From a virus (Duplodnaviria; Heunggongvirae; Uroviricota; Caudoviricetes), in IMG/VR virus record IMGVR_UViG_3300047202_000060: 64,000 nucleotides of DNA; one strand, given 5' to 3'. The notes under the pieces are model-generated. The model was not told the DNA's origin. It ran no database searches and worked only from the letters and a program-made list of their open reading frames with translations. Both the position numbers and the translations under genes were made by a program. Shown in pieces: positions 54,878-63,575 of this stretch; within the stretch, counting starts at the first letter, position 1, and every line of letters starts with the position of its first letter.

Positions 54878-55192
54878 TTGATGGTCAACATTGCACTTAT
54901 TCTGGTCATCATCATCTTCTTCTTCCTTTTCTTCTTCATCATCTTCATCATTTTCTGGTGTCTCTTCACCAAAAGGATTATAATCAGGTGGCGGTGGTGG
55001 AACTGGTTCATCTATATCTTGTTCAAGTTGACCCATAAAATGAAGAGCACAAAGATAAATTTTTACCATTTCAAATCGTCCATGTAATTCTCGTTTAACA
55101 TAACATTCGAATATACTATCAGATGATTTTCCGCAATACTCACAAATTGGACCAGAAACAACTTGACTTTTAGGTTCTTCGTCTTCCGACAT
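54860..55192 (-). CDS. acidic Zn-ribbon protein with poly-D/E tail
   Basis: CEYCGKS..C..CALH; EDDEEEKEEEDDDD. Confidence 0.45.
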   Translation of the reverse strand: MSEDEEPKSQVVSGPICEYCGKSSDSIFECYVKRELHGRFEMVKIYLCALHFMGQLEQDIDEPVPPPPPDYNPFGEETPENDEDDEEEKEEEDDDDQNKCNVDHQGQSFG

Positions 55193-55221
55193 AATAACAC
55201 CAAGAAGGTTAAAGGTAAAAC

Positions 55222-55246
55222 GAGTATATAAACCTTATGGTTACGG
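55222..55246 (-). promoter_or_regulatory. class II promoter element
   Basis: cgagtatataaaccttatggttacgg, box 32 nt upstream of 55192. Confidence 0.4.
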
Positions 55247-56410
55247 ATGAGGATGAGCCTGTTGTGAGTCTGGCTTATAATTCGATTCTGGTATTGGAAC
55301 ATCATTTAAAGTAAGTTGAGTTTTCGATACTCCAATTTTATTGAATATATCAAGCAATGCATTACATAATTTCTCATCATCAAATAGTTCTAAAACTCTT
55401 TTACGCCCAGCTTCCACCATTTTATGATAGAATTCTTTATCTGTTTTTAATCGTTCGATAAGTTCGATTTGTTTAACATAGTCAATTGGTGTAGTATAAA
55501 GTTCTGGAAATATATCATGTACTGAATCAGATGAACCAACACAGGGTATGCAAGTTATTGCACATTCCATAGCAAATCTCGACCAACCGCCATAACCAAT
55601 ATTATTATCCAGACCTATCGAGTTAGTTCTCCAAAGCAAATCCGCATATGGTTCATATTCTAATCGTTCATACACTATACTATTAACTGGAAGTGGTGTA
55701 TTTCTACGGAAATTTTCTACAAAATGTCTATCAAGAGTACCATTGAAAACTGTTACAGGATAATTTTTAGGTCTTATAACATTTTCAAGAGAAGCAGAAA
55801 TTGATGAACTTTTAGGAGAATGAAGCATCATAGCTATATTATTTCCTTTATGATTTTCGGAATATTTTCGTAAATTGTATCTACAAAGTTGTGGAATAAA
55901 CAATTTAAATACTGGTTTAGTAGTATATTTTTGAAGTTGAAAATTATTAGTTACCACGAGATGTGCATCTGGAATTTCAAGTATGCCTGTATCTTTGAAA
56001 AATTCTTCTGGTCCCTGATTGGGTGGATTTGGCATTATTGATGTATCCCACCACATTCCTTTAGGGTCGAACAACCATAAAAATTCATCATCATATTGGG
56101 CAATCATTTTGGCTTCTGGCTTCATAAATGGTTTTACAAATTGTGGCAAAGTCCACCAACTAATGCCTGATGGTTCATGTCTTGTTGACCGTCTTACTAT
56201 ATAAGCAAAAACTACGTCAGCTTGTTTTAGAGGATTCCAATATGGGTCATTTTTGAAATCGGAGTGAATTTTCTTATACAACGGCGCGGCATTTATCGAT
56301 ATTACTTCTATTCCGAGTTTTGCTTTAAACTTTTCAAGAGCGATATTCCATTGAAAGTAATTATAACTGTCGAAATAAGCTACGATACATAATTTCGTTT
56401 CTTCCACCAC
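55241..56410 (-). CDS. hypothetical protein of glycan module, AHPHP tail
   Basis: 389 aa; no confident family. Confidence 0.45.
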   Translation of the reverse strand: MVEETKLCIVAYFDSYNYFQWNIALEKFKAKLGIEVISINAAPLYKKIHSDFKNDPYWNPLKQADVVFAYIVRRSTRHEPSGISWWTLPQFVKPFMKPEAKMIAQYDDEFLWLFDPKGMWWDTSIMPNPPNQGPEEFFKDTGILEIPDAHLVVTNNFQLQKYTTKPVFKLFIPQLCRYNLRKYSENHKGNNIAMMLHSPKSSSISASLENVIRPKNYPVTVFNGTLDRHFVENFRRNTPLPVNSIVYERLEYEPYADLLWRTNSIGLDNNIGYGGWSRFAMECAITCIPCVGSSDSVHDIFPELYTTPIDYVKQIELIERLKTDKEFYHKMVEAGRKRVLELFDDEKLCNALLDIFNKIGVSKTQLTLNDVPIPESNYKPDSQQAHPHP

Positions 56411-57531
56411 CTTTTAAGATATTTTATAATATTAGAAGTTGCATTTCCATTCCCAAAGATATTTTCAATAGAAAGTATAAAACTTCTAGGCTTGTTCAAT
56501 TCATTTGCTATATCTTTACATTCAATCAACTTGTTTGCACCACATTTAATAGTTTCGACCCATACAGTATTTCGTCTGAGCGTCAAACAGGGAACTTTAA
56601 GAAGAAATGCTTCTCTTTGAATACCGCCAGAATCAGTAAGAATGTACTGTGCCCCAAGCATAAGTTTTATCATATCACCATAGCCAAGCGGTTCACAGGT
56701 ATGAATAAGCGTATTTTTAATCAGTTGATTAATTAGACCATTCTCTTCTAAAGCCTTACGAGTCCGTGGATGTATAGGAAAAATAATAGATGTTTTTGAT
56801 TGCACTAGAATATCAATTATCTCTTTAAGACGAACTAAATTATCAATATTTTCGACTCTGTGAAGTGTGACTACATTATAATTTCTTGTTTTATGCAAAT
56901 ATTTTGGTAGATTTTGAAGAAGAACATCATATCCGATGTCTCCTGTAAATACGACTTTGCCGAGAATATGTTCTTTCTTTAAGTTATTTATCGAATCTGT
57001 TGTTGGAGCAAAAAGAATTTCGGAACAGTTGTCAATGATTATTCTATTTATTTCTTCTGGAAAATTGTTCATAGAAAGTTCTCTATGAAAGTTTACCTCA
57101 TCATAGGTTTGTTCTCTAAGTCCAGCCTCGATATGTGCAATTGGAATGTTTAGCTTTTTAGCCGCCAACGCCGCTCCTAATGTAGAGTTTGTATCTCCAA
57201 TAACCAGCACTAAATTTGGCTTATATGCAACTAGAGCCTTTTCAGACTCGACCATAATCTTCGTTAGCTGTTCCATAGGAGAACCAGAACCTACACCGAA
57301 GTTCAAATCTGGATGATTGTCTAGTTCTTCCTCGAAAACCCCAGACATCTCATAGTCGTAATGCTGTCCAGTATTCCACACTTGAAGTTCTAACCAATCC
57401 TCTTTTTTAAGTTGATGAATAACTACCGATGAACGAATTAGCTGAGGACGAGTCCCAATAATAAATGCGAGTTTCATTTTATGGATGTGAATATTATTTC
57501 CCATTTCATTGTTCATGTCATACGCCGCCAT
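56380..57531 (-). CDS. wecB: UDP-N-acetylglucosamine 2-epimerase (non-hydrolysing, WecB-like)
   Basis: GTRPQLIR, NTGQHYDYEMS and DSGGIQREAF match WecB hallmarks; 383 aa. Confidence 0.8.
   Translation of the reverse strand: MAAYDMNNEMGNNIHIHKMKLAFIIGTRPQLIRSSVVIHQLKKEDWLELQVWNTGQHYDYEMSGVFEEELDNHPDLNFGVGSGSPMEQLTKIMVESEKALVAYKPNLVLVIGDTNSTLGAALAAKKLNIPIAHIEAGLREQTYDEVNFHRELSMNNFPEEINRIIIDNCSEILFAPTTDSINNLKKEHILGKVVFTGDIGYDVLLQNLPKYLHKTRNYNVVTLHRVENIDNLVRLKEIIDILVQSKTSIIFPIHPRTRKALEENGLINQLIKNTLIHTCEPLGYGDMIKLMLGAQYILTDSGGIQREAFLLKVPCLTLRRNTVWVETIKCGANKLIECKDIANELNKPRSFILSIENIFGNGNATSNIIKYLKRWWKKRNYVS
56717..56732. repeat. palindrome TTAATCAGTTGATTAA inside epimerase CDS (encodes NQLI)
   Basis: only copy deep inside a long gene. 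Confidence 0.3.
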
Positions 57532-58046
57532 TTATCTCTCATTTCTATATATATTGTTGGTTTGATTTTCAAACCTTTTGGTATCCATACAAAATCTTGT
57601 TCATTAATTTTTTTAAGAGGGTTTTCCGAATATTCCTCATCTGTAAGTACATTTCCAAAAGGTGGATTTCTTCGAATTCCAAAATTAACCTTTTTCTGTA
57701 CTTCTGGGTCATTTAAATGTATTATCCCAAGGTCTGAAAGATGTTCATAAAATGCAATAGCACGAATATTTGTTGGAAGAAGATACATCGAAATATTACA
57801 TTGTCGAGCATAAAAACATAATACTGTAATCAAAAGTCTTCCCCAACCTTGTGAACGGTATCCTTGCTTTATATTTAAAGTTGTAGGTTGAATCTGTCCA
57901 TCCGTTAAATAAACATTAATAGTTCCAATTTCTTCTTTATCCAAAAAGATTTTAATAGTAGAAAATTTAGCAGAACCTACAGTTTGAACTATTGACAGAC
58001 CAACAGGTAAACCGCTAGGATATGAAATATTATAAAGACCTTTCAT
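57513..58046 (-). CDS. GNAT-family acetyltransferase-like
   Basis: QGYRSQGWGRLLI resembles GNAT motif A. Confidence 0.45.
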   Translation of the reverse strand: MKGLYNISYPSGLPVGLSIVQTVGSAKFSTIKIFLDKEEIGTINVYLTDGQIQPTTLNIKQGYRSQGWGRLLITVLCFYARQCNISMYLLPTNIRAIAFYEHLSDLGIIHLNDPEVQKKVNFGIRRNPPFGNVLTDEEYSENPLKKINEQDFVWIPKGLKIKPTIYIEMRDKWRRMT

Positions 58047-58759
58047 TTAGAATCACCTTTTATCTCTAAGCAGTATGAGGCAAATCCAACTTTATGTTTC
58101 CAAAATTGTAGTGTATCCGTTTTACCAGATTTCCAAAGATAATATGCTGTTCCAATTATACCCTTGAAATGTTCATCATTACTTTCCCTTATAAGTTTCT
58201 GAATGTAAAAGTGTAAAAAACCCATTATATTATCTTTGAGATAATCACTATGACCTAAAATAGTAGTATAAACACTAAATTGTCCAACTCTACGAAAAGC
58301 TATGTAACCAACTAACTTTTTCTCTTTAGTAAATATTCCAATCCAAATTTTATAATGAAGCGGACATTTATAGACATTGAGAGAATTGAAACTACATAAA
58401 TCTCTTGTCAATTCTTCAACAGAACTTTGATACCATTTTCCCATTGGTCTGCCTTGACGTTCTGTTTTACTGTGATTTATATCATGGATTTCCTGAATGT
58501 GTTCTGATGGAACAAAAATTTCACAATAATATCCCTTTCTTTCTGTATCTCTGTAGTATTCTCGTGTCCGTTTTGATATTTGTTTCCATAATTCATTCCA
58601 ACTTATTGATATGGGCAACCATGCGGCTGGATTTGTATTTGTTAATTTTATAAAAGGCAAAGCGTCATCAACAAATATTTTGCTACAATTTTGATACTCA
58701 TCCCTCATTAAATCAATAGTTATAGCAGGAATATTTTCTATATTTTCGTTTTCCATCAT
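58043..58759 (-). CDS. hypothetical protein, paralog of 58765..59523
   Basis: ELWKQISKRTREYYR..GYYCEIF..DINHSK..KWYQSSVEEL shared with 58765..59523. Confidence 0.5.
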   Translation of the reverse strand: MMENENIENIPAITIDLMRDEYQNCSKIFVDDALPFIKLTNTNPAAWLPISISWNELWKQISKRTREYYRDTERKGYYCEIFVPSEHIQEIHDINHSKTERQGRPMGKWYQSSVEELTRDLCSFNSLNVYKCPLHYKIWIGIFTKEKKLVGYIAFRRVGQFSVYTTILGHSDYLKDNIMGFLHFYIQKLIRESNDEHFKGIIGTAYYLWKSGKTDTLQFWKHKVGFASYCLEIKGDSK

Positions 58760-58764
58760 ATCAC

Positions 58765-59523
58765 CTATGGATGTGGACGGGCTTGTCTTTCATCTGGATT
58801 GTATTTTTCATTTGATATATAACTCCCCTTTGATATTATTTTATATGGACAAAATCCAGCAGTATGTTTCCAAGCATTTAATCCTTCTCGACCACTATCA
58901 TATATCCAATATGATGTTCCAGCAATACCCTTGAAACGTTCATCGTTAGTTTCTCTTATTAACTTTTGAATATAAAAATGTAAGAAAAACATTATCCCAT
59001 CGTGAAGATAGTCACCGTGACCAAGAATACTTTCATAAGTGCTGAACTGTCCAATTCTGGTTAATGCTATATAACCAACTAATTTCTTCTCTTTAGTAAA
59101 CACTCCAAACCAAACTTTATAGTGGTACAAACATTCTCCCTCATCATATGGAGATTTATAATTTCTAAACTCATTTTTTAATTCTTCAACTGAATGTTGA
59201 TACCAACTTTGCATTGATACACCTTGACGAATAGCTTTACTATGATTTATGTCATAGATGTCTTTACAATATTCTTTAGGATTAAAAAGTTCACAATAAT
59301 ACCCTTTTCTTATACAACGCTTATACTTTCTCATAACCTCTTTTTCTCTATGTTCTCCGCTAGTTCGTTTAGAAGTCAATGTCCACAATTCATCCCAACT
59401 CATTGAAGTTGGTATCCATGCCGCTAACTTTCTTTGATATATTTCAAAAAGAGATGTATGTCCTTCTAACATATGAAGACATTCTTCACCATTGTCTGGC
59501 ATTAAATCAACAACTTCAATCAT
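58765..59523 (-). CDS. hypothetical protein, paralog of 58043..58759, ARPHP tail
   Basis: tandem duplicate of 58043..58759. Confidence 0.5.
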   Translation of the reverse strand: MIEVVDLMPDNGEECLHMLEGHTSLFEIYQRKLAAWIPTSMSWDELWTLTSKRTSGEHREKEVMRKYKRCIRKGYYCELFNPKEYCKDIYDINHSKAIRQGVSMQSWYQHSVEELKNEFRNYKSPYDEGECLYHYKVWFGVFTKEKKLVGYIALTRIGQFSTYESILGHGDYLHDGIMFFLHFYIQKLIRETNDERFKGIAGTSYWIYDSGREGLNAWKHTAGFCPYKIISKGSYISNEKYNPDERQARPHP

Positions 59524-59531
59524 AATATCAC

Positions 59532-60446
59532 CTACGGATGTGGCTTTGGTTGATTTACGTCTGGATTATAATTTTCTGAAAACAAAGAAGGTGTCTCATT
59601 TAAACTATTGCGATATATTTTTCCATCTAAAGAAATATGCCGAAGATAAATATCAGTTGCACAATAGACTTTTAAACCCATTTCACGTATTTTGTCTGTA
59701 AATGGAACAACTATATCATAACCTTGTACACTCATTCTAGCCCCATCAAAAATCACTTTAGGTTTTATCATAAATACATGCCCTGTAATTAAACATTCTA
59801 TAATTGGGTCATTTTTTGCCATATCAGAAAGTTCTTTATCTGAAATATATTTTACCCCTGAACCGCCTCTATTTCCTTTTTCTGCTCCCAAAAAAAGTGG
59901 AGCGGCTAATTTTCCGTGACGGGGATAACGCTGATGATGAACACCGCCAACCCAACCAGCATCTTTCTTCAAGTCAAAAACTTCCAAATATCTAAGTATA
60001 ACATTAGAAGGTGGAAGAGCATCAGACATGAAAACCATAAAATAATCATGTTCCTTTGTCAAATGAGAAAAGAGAAAATGATAAACATCACATAATCGTT
60101 GTGCTCTCATAATAGCTTCTCCCATATTTTCAAGATTATTTTTGCCGCTAGTATATCTTTGATTTGCTTGTGCTTGAGTTAATTTTCCAAATCTTTCCAA
60201 ACCATAATGCTTTTGATACAACTCAAACGAGTGATAATTATATTTGACTTTAATTTCTTCATAATGTTTTTGAAGTTTTTCCCAAGTTGTATCATTGCTA
60301 TCATTTTCAATCCAAACCAAATCAATTAATTCCTTCGGATAATCAAGCGCGAGAAGAGATTCAACATACTGGTCTATTGAGTGATCTTCATTATTGAATG
60401 GAGAACAAATCAATATTAGTTTATCAGGTTTTTTAGTTTCAGACAT
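59532..60446 (-). CDS. GT2-like glycosyltransferase, paralog of 62235..63575, KPHP tail; start trimmed from 60587
   Basis: LILICSPFNNEDHS...WIENDSNDTTW; shared WVGGVHHQRYPRHGK; ATG 10 nt after stop of 60457..61245. Confidence 0.45.
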   Translation of the reverse strand: MSETKKPDKLILICSPFNNEDHSIDQYVESLLALDYPKELIDLVWIENDSNDTTWEKLQKHYEEIKVKYNYHSFELYQKHYGLERFGKLTQAQANQRYTSGKNNLENMGEAIMRAQRLCDVYHFLFSHLTKEHDYFMVFMSDALPPSNVILRYLEVFDLKKDAGWVGGVHHQRYPRHGKLAAPLFLGAEKGNRGGSGVKYISDKELSDMAKNDPIIECLITGHVFMIKPKVIFDGARMSVQGYDIVVPFTDKIREMGLKVYCATDIYLRHISLDGKIYRNSLNETPSLFSENYNPDVNQPKPHP

Positions 60447-60456
60447 ATTTTCACCA

Positions 60457-61245
60457 TTATGGATGTGGATATTGTTTTCCTTCTGATTTTTTAGATTTAG
60501 ACTCAGATTCAAACTTAGATTTAGGTGGAACAAAATTACATGTATGATTACACGGATGCAATAACAATTGACAAATAATTCTTCCATCTTTCGCTGTTAC
60601 ATTTTTTATTTGATCTATTAAAGAAGAAAGTGCACGTCCTTTACAATCACTCAAATAATTAAATTTGGCTGTTCTGAGAATCCAATATGCTTCATAAAGA
60701 CCTAAATCCGCAAGATTTAATGTGTATAAATCTATATTATGATATTTCATTGGAGCATTTGGCAAATAGAATTCTTTAAAAATTTGATAACCTACTACTT
60801 TAGGCGGTGGATAATCTCCACCATGAGAAGCTAATCCATGAATTTGAATACCATTTTCTCTAAGATATTTTATCTCTCTATCCAATATCATCTTATGAGT
60901 CATAGTAGGATTTTGAATACATTCACTTAGAGTATCAAAATGAAGTCCAACTTCATGACCCATATCTTGCAATTGTTTACACTTTAAAATAAAATCTGGT
61001 TCTCTATAATATGGTCTAGTATGTAAAACAAAGAAAGTGGAATGAATACCCATTTCTTGTTCTAATGCTCCAAGTTCTAAACCCCAATCTATACTCATAT
61101 CTAAATCATGACGTAAAATGCAAATTTTGAGGTCTTTTCTATCTTTATATTGTTCCCAATCTTGACATCTTATGATTGTAAAGTTATCATCTATCAATTT
61201 TTGTAAGATTTCTCGACATTCTTTAATATTTAAATACCGATTCAT
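60457..61245 (-). CDS. hypothetical protein (possible carbohydrate esterase), YPHP tail
   Basis: 262 aa; RHDLDMSIDW; weak. Confidence 0.4.
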   Translation of the reverse strand: MNRYLNIKECREILQKLIDDNFTIIRCQDWEQYKDRKDLKICILRHDLDMSIDWGLELGALEQEMGIHSTFFVLHTRPYYREPDFILKCKQLQDMGHEVGLHFDTLSECIQNPTMTHKMILDREIKYLRENGIQIHGLASHGGDYPPPKVVGYQIFKEFYLPNAPMKYHNIDLYTLNLADLGLYEAYWILRTAKFNYLSDCKGRALSSLIDQIKNVTAKDGRIICQLLLHPCNHTCNFVPPKSKFESESKSKKSEGKQYPHP

Positions 61246-61248
61246 TTT

Positions 61249-62226
61249 TTATCCTTCCCTCAATGGGTCATACTCTTCACAATAAGCTAACCCATGAATG
61301 TGAGTTTTCTCATCAGCTATGGTATTTCTACCACCAATAACGTAAAGTTTACCATTTAGAACTGCACATTCTGTTCCATCTCTAGGATAATTACAGGATA
61401 ATTTCTTTTCCCAAGAGTTCTCAATTGGGTCATAAACGTAATTGGATGTATAAAATCCATTGTTCGTATGACAAATTCCTACGGGATTAGGAACAGAAGT
61501 TGGTACTTTTTTAGAATCTGGGTCATAACCACATACGACATATATTTTTCCATTTATAACTGGATTTTCTCTAGTTGTTCCATATACTTTAATTGGTAAC
61601 GGAGTTTTTGTTGTCCAATCATCTGTCGTTAAATCATACATCTCATTTGTATTCAGAGCCACTACATTAACAACAGTTTTACCATCTCTATAATTTTTTT
61701 GTCGAATAACCCCGCCGATTACGTATATCTTAGTACCTATGATTGCACAGGTTCCCCATTTTCTAAGTGTTGGAATCTCTGACTTTTTTATATATGTATC
61801 TGTGGTAATATCGTATTCATAATGTATTTTATTACAAAACAAATGAATTTTGTTATTATATCTTACACCCATTAAACCATGTTCAAATCCAGATGGTAAA
61901 TCAGCTTTTTCTGTCCAACTATCAGATACAGGATTATAAACTTCAACTACAAGAGTCGGTTCATATGTTGTTGTATTTCCACCGAAAACATATATCAACC
62001 CATCCACTTCTATCGCTAATTCTCCCCAACGTGCAGTAGGCATATCTGCTCTTCGTCCCCACGAGTTTGTTTGTGGGTCATAAACAAATGTTTCCTTTCT
62101 TGAATCATTCGAAGAATCGAAATATCCACCGAAAACATATAACTTGCCATCACAAACCGCACAAGTACCATCAGCCTTAAATGGCATTGGCATTGGAGTT
62201 TTTATTGTCCAACATTCGTTTGTCAT
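61249..62226 (-). CDS. Kelch-repeat beta-propeller protein
   Basis: six GK(L/I)YV(F/I)GG blades. Confidence 0.65.
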   Translation of the reverse strand: MTNECWTIKTPMPMPFKADGTCAVCDGKLYVFGGYFDSSNDSRKETFVYDPQTNSWGRRADMPTARWGELAIEVDGLIYVFGGNTTTYEPTLVVEVYNPVSDSWTEKADLPSGFEHGLMGVRYNNKIHLFCNKIHYEYDITTDTYIKKSEIPTLRKWGTCAIIGTKIYVIGGVIRQKNYRDGKTVVNVVALNTNEMYDLTTDDWTTKTPLPIKVYGTTRENPVINGKIYVVCGYDPDSKKVPTSVPNPVGICHTNNGFYTSNYVYDPIENSWEKKLSCNYPRDGTECAVLNGKLYVIGGRNTIADEKTHIHGLAYCEEYDPLREG

Positions 62227-62234
62227 ACCATCAC

Positions 62235-63575
62235 CTACAAAGATATAGGCGGATGAGGAAATGCTCTTTTATCTTCCTCTTTAACCTTTTTCTTAGCCTC
62301 GTCTTCTTTTCGCAATTGTATGCATTCTGGCATTTCTTCAATTCTTCTTTGAGCTTCATTAATACAAACATCTAATCGTTCTTTATTTTCCATTATACTT
62401 CTATAACGATAATAAACAGTATCTTTCCATGTTTCTGTTGTTAAAATTCTACCAGAAAGAGGACATATTTTAGCTTTGAAAAGAGATGGCTTCTTTATCA
62501 TATTAAATGAATTTATTGCTGAGAAAATATTAGTTTTTTTAGCAACTTTTGTAAGAATTATAACAAACTGTTCGTTCTCTTCCAAATCAAACCGTTCAAG
62601 CATTACTTTCTTTTCATCACTTGCTTCAAACTCCAATTCCTCATCTGAAAGTTCTAAGCTCAAATCATGACGATAAATTTTTCCATTACAGGAAATATGT
62701 TCAAAATAAATATAACTATCACAATACATTTTATATCCCATACGTTCCATATCTTGGTCTGCCGCCAATGAGAAATCAGTAGGATATTTTCTGAATTTTA
62801 AACCTTTCTCCACTACGGTTTTTCTAATAAGCCAAATATGAGCAGTTGAGCAAACATCATTAAATATTCCATTACCCTGTCGTTGTCGTTCAAGAATTTC
62901 ATCTTCTAACAAAAACCCAACAACATATGGAAACTTCAGTTTTTCTCTATAATCCAAATAGCACAATGGATTTGCATTTGGTGGAATTTCGGAGAATTTT
63001 ATATATGGACTACATATCCCATAGTTATAAGCATTTGGCGGATGATTAGGATTATCACAAAGACATTTTCTATGACGTGGAAATCGTCTATGCATAACTC
63101 CACCAACCCAACCACAATCAGAATAATCTTCCATAACTTTAAGAAATCGTTTTAGAAAATCAGGCTTACCTAAAGCATCTGGAAACCAAAACATAGTAAA
63201 GTCATTATCTTTTGTTTGGTCAAGCATAAAATTTAGAACTTTCATAAAATGAAAGAGAATTTCACTCATTAATTTTTTATCTTGAACATTTCTTTTACCA
63301 GCCATATGACTTCCAAACTCTTCTTTTGGTATTGGTGGATAATTTCCATCAACTTTTAAAATACTAAATGAATGATAATTATAGCGTTTTTTTATCAGTC
63401 TATAATATGATTTGAGAAGATTCCAACTATTATCGCTACTATTGTTTTCAACCCACAATAGATCAATTAATTCTTTTGAATAATCAAGTTTCAATAAACT
63501 TTCTATATATAGAGGAATTGATTGTTCTTCATTACAAAACGGAGAAACGATCAAAATTCTATAAGGCTCAGACAT
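62235..63575 (-). CDS. GT2-like glycosyltransferase, paralog of 59532..60446, FPHPPISL tail
   Basis: ILIVSPFCNEEQS...WVENNSSDNSW; WVGGVMHRRFPRHRK. Confidence 0.45.
   Translation of the reverse strand: MSEPYRILIVSPFCNEEQSIPLYIESLLKLDYSKELIDLLWVENNSSDNSWNLLKSYYRLIKKRYNYHSFSILKVDGNYPPIPKEEFGSHMAGKRNVQDKKLMSEILFHFMKVLNFMLDQTKDNDFTMFWFPDALGKPDFLKRFLKVMEDYSDCGWVGGVMHRRFPRHRKCLCDNPNHPPNAYNYGICSPYIKFSEIPPNANPLCYLDYREKLKFPYVVGFLLEDEILERQRQGNGIFNDVCSTAHIWLIRKTVVEKGLKFRKYPTDFSLAADQDMERMGYKMYCDSYIYFEHISCNGKIYRHDLSLELSDEELEFEASDEKKVMLERFDLEENEQFVIILTKVAKKTNIFSAINSFNMIKKPSLFKAKICPLSGRILTTETWKDTVYYRYRSIMENKERLDVCINEAQRRIEEMPECIQLRKEDEAKKKVKEEDKRAFPHPPISL

Noticed and set aside
56717-56732. Palindrome copy inside the UDP-GlcNAc epimerase gene as a regulatory site
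   Set aside because: It is in-frame coding (NQLI) deep inside a conserved enzyme. Likely chance or at most vestigial.
60457-61245. Polysaccharide deacetylase assignment for 60457..61245
   Set aside because: Only a weak RHDLD resemblance to NodB motif 1. Left as hypothetical.
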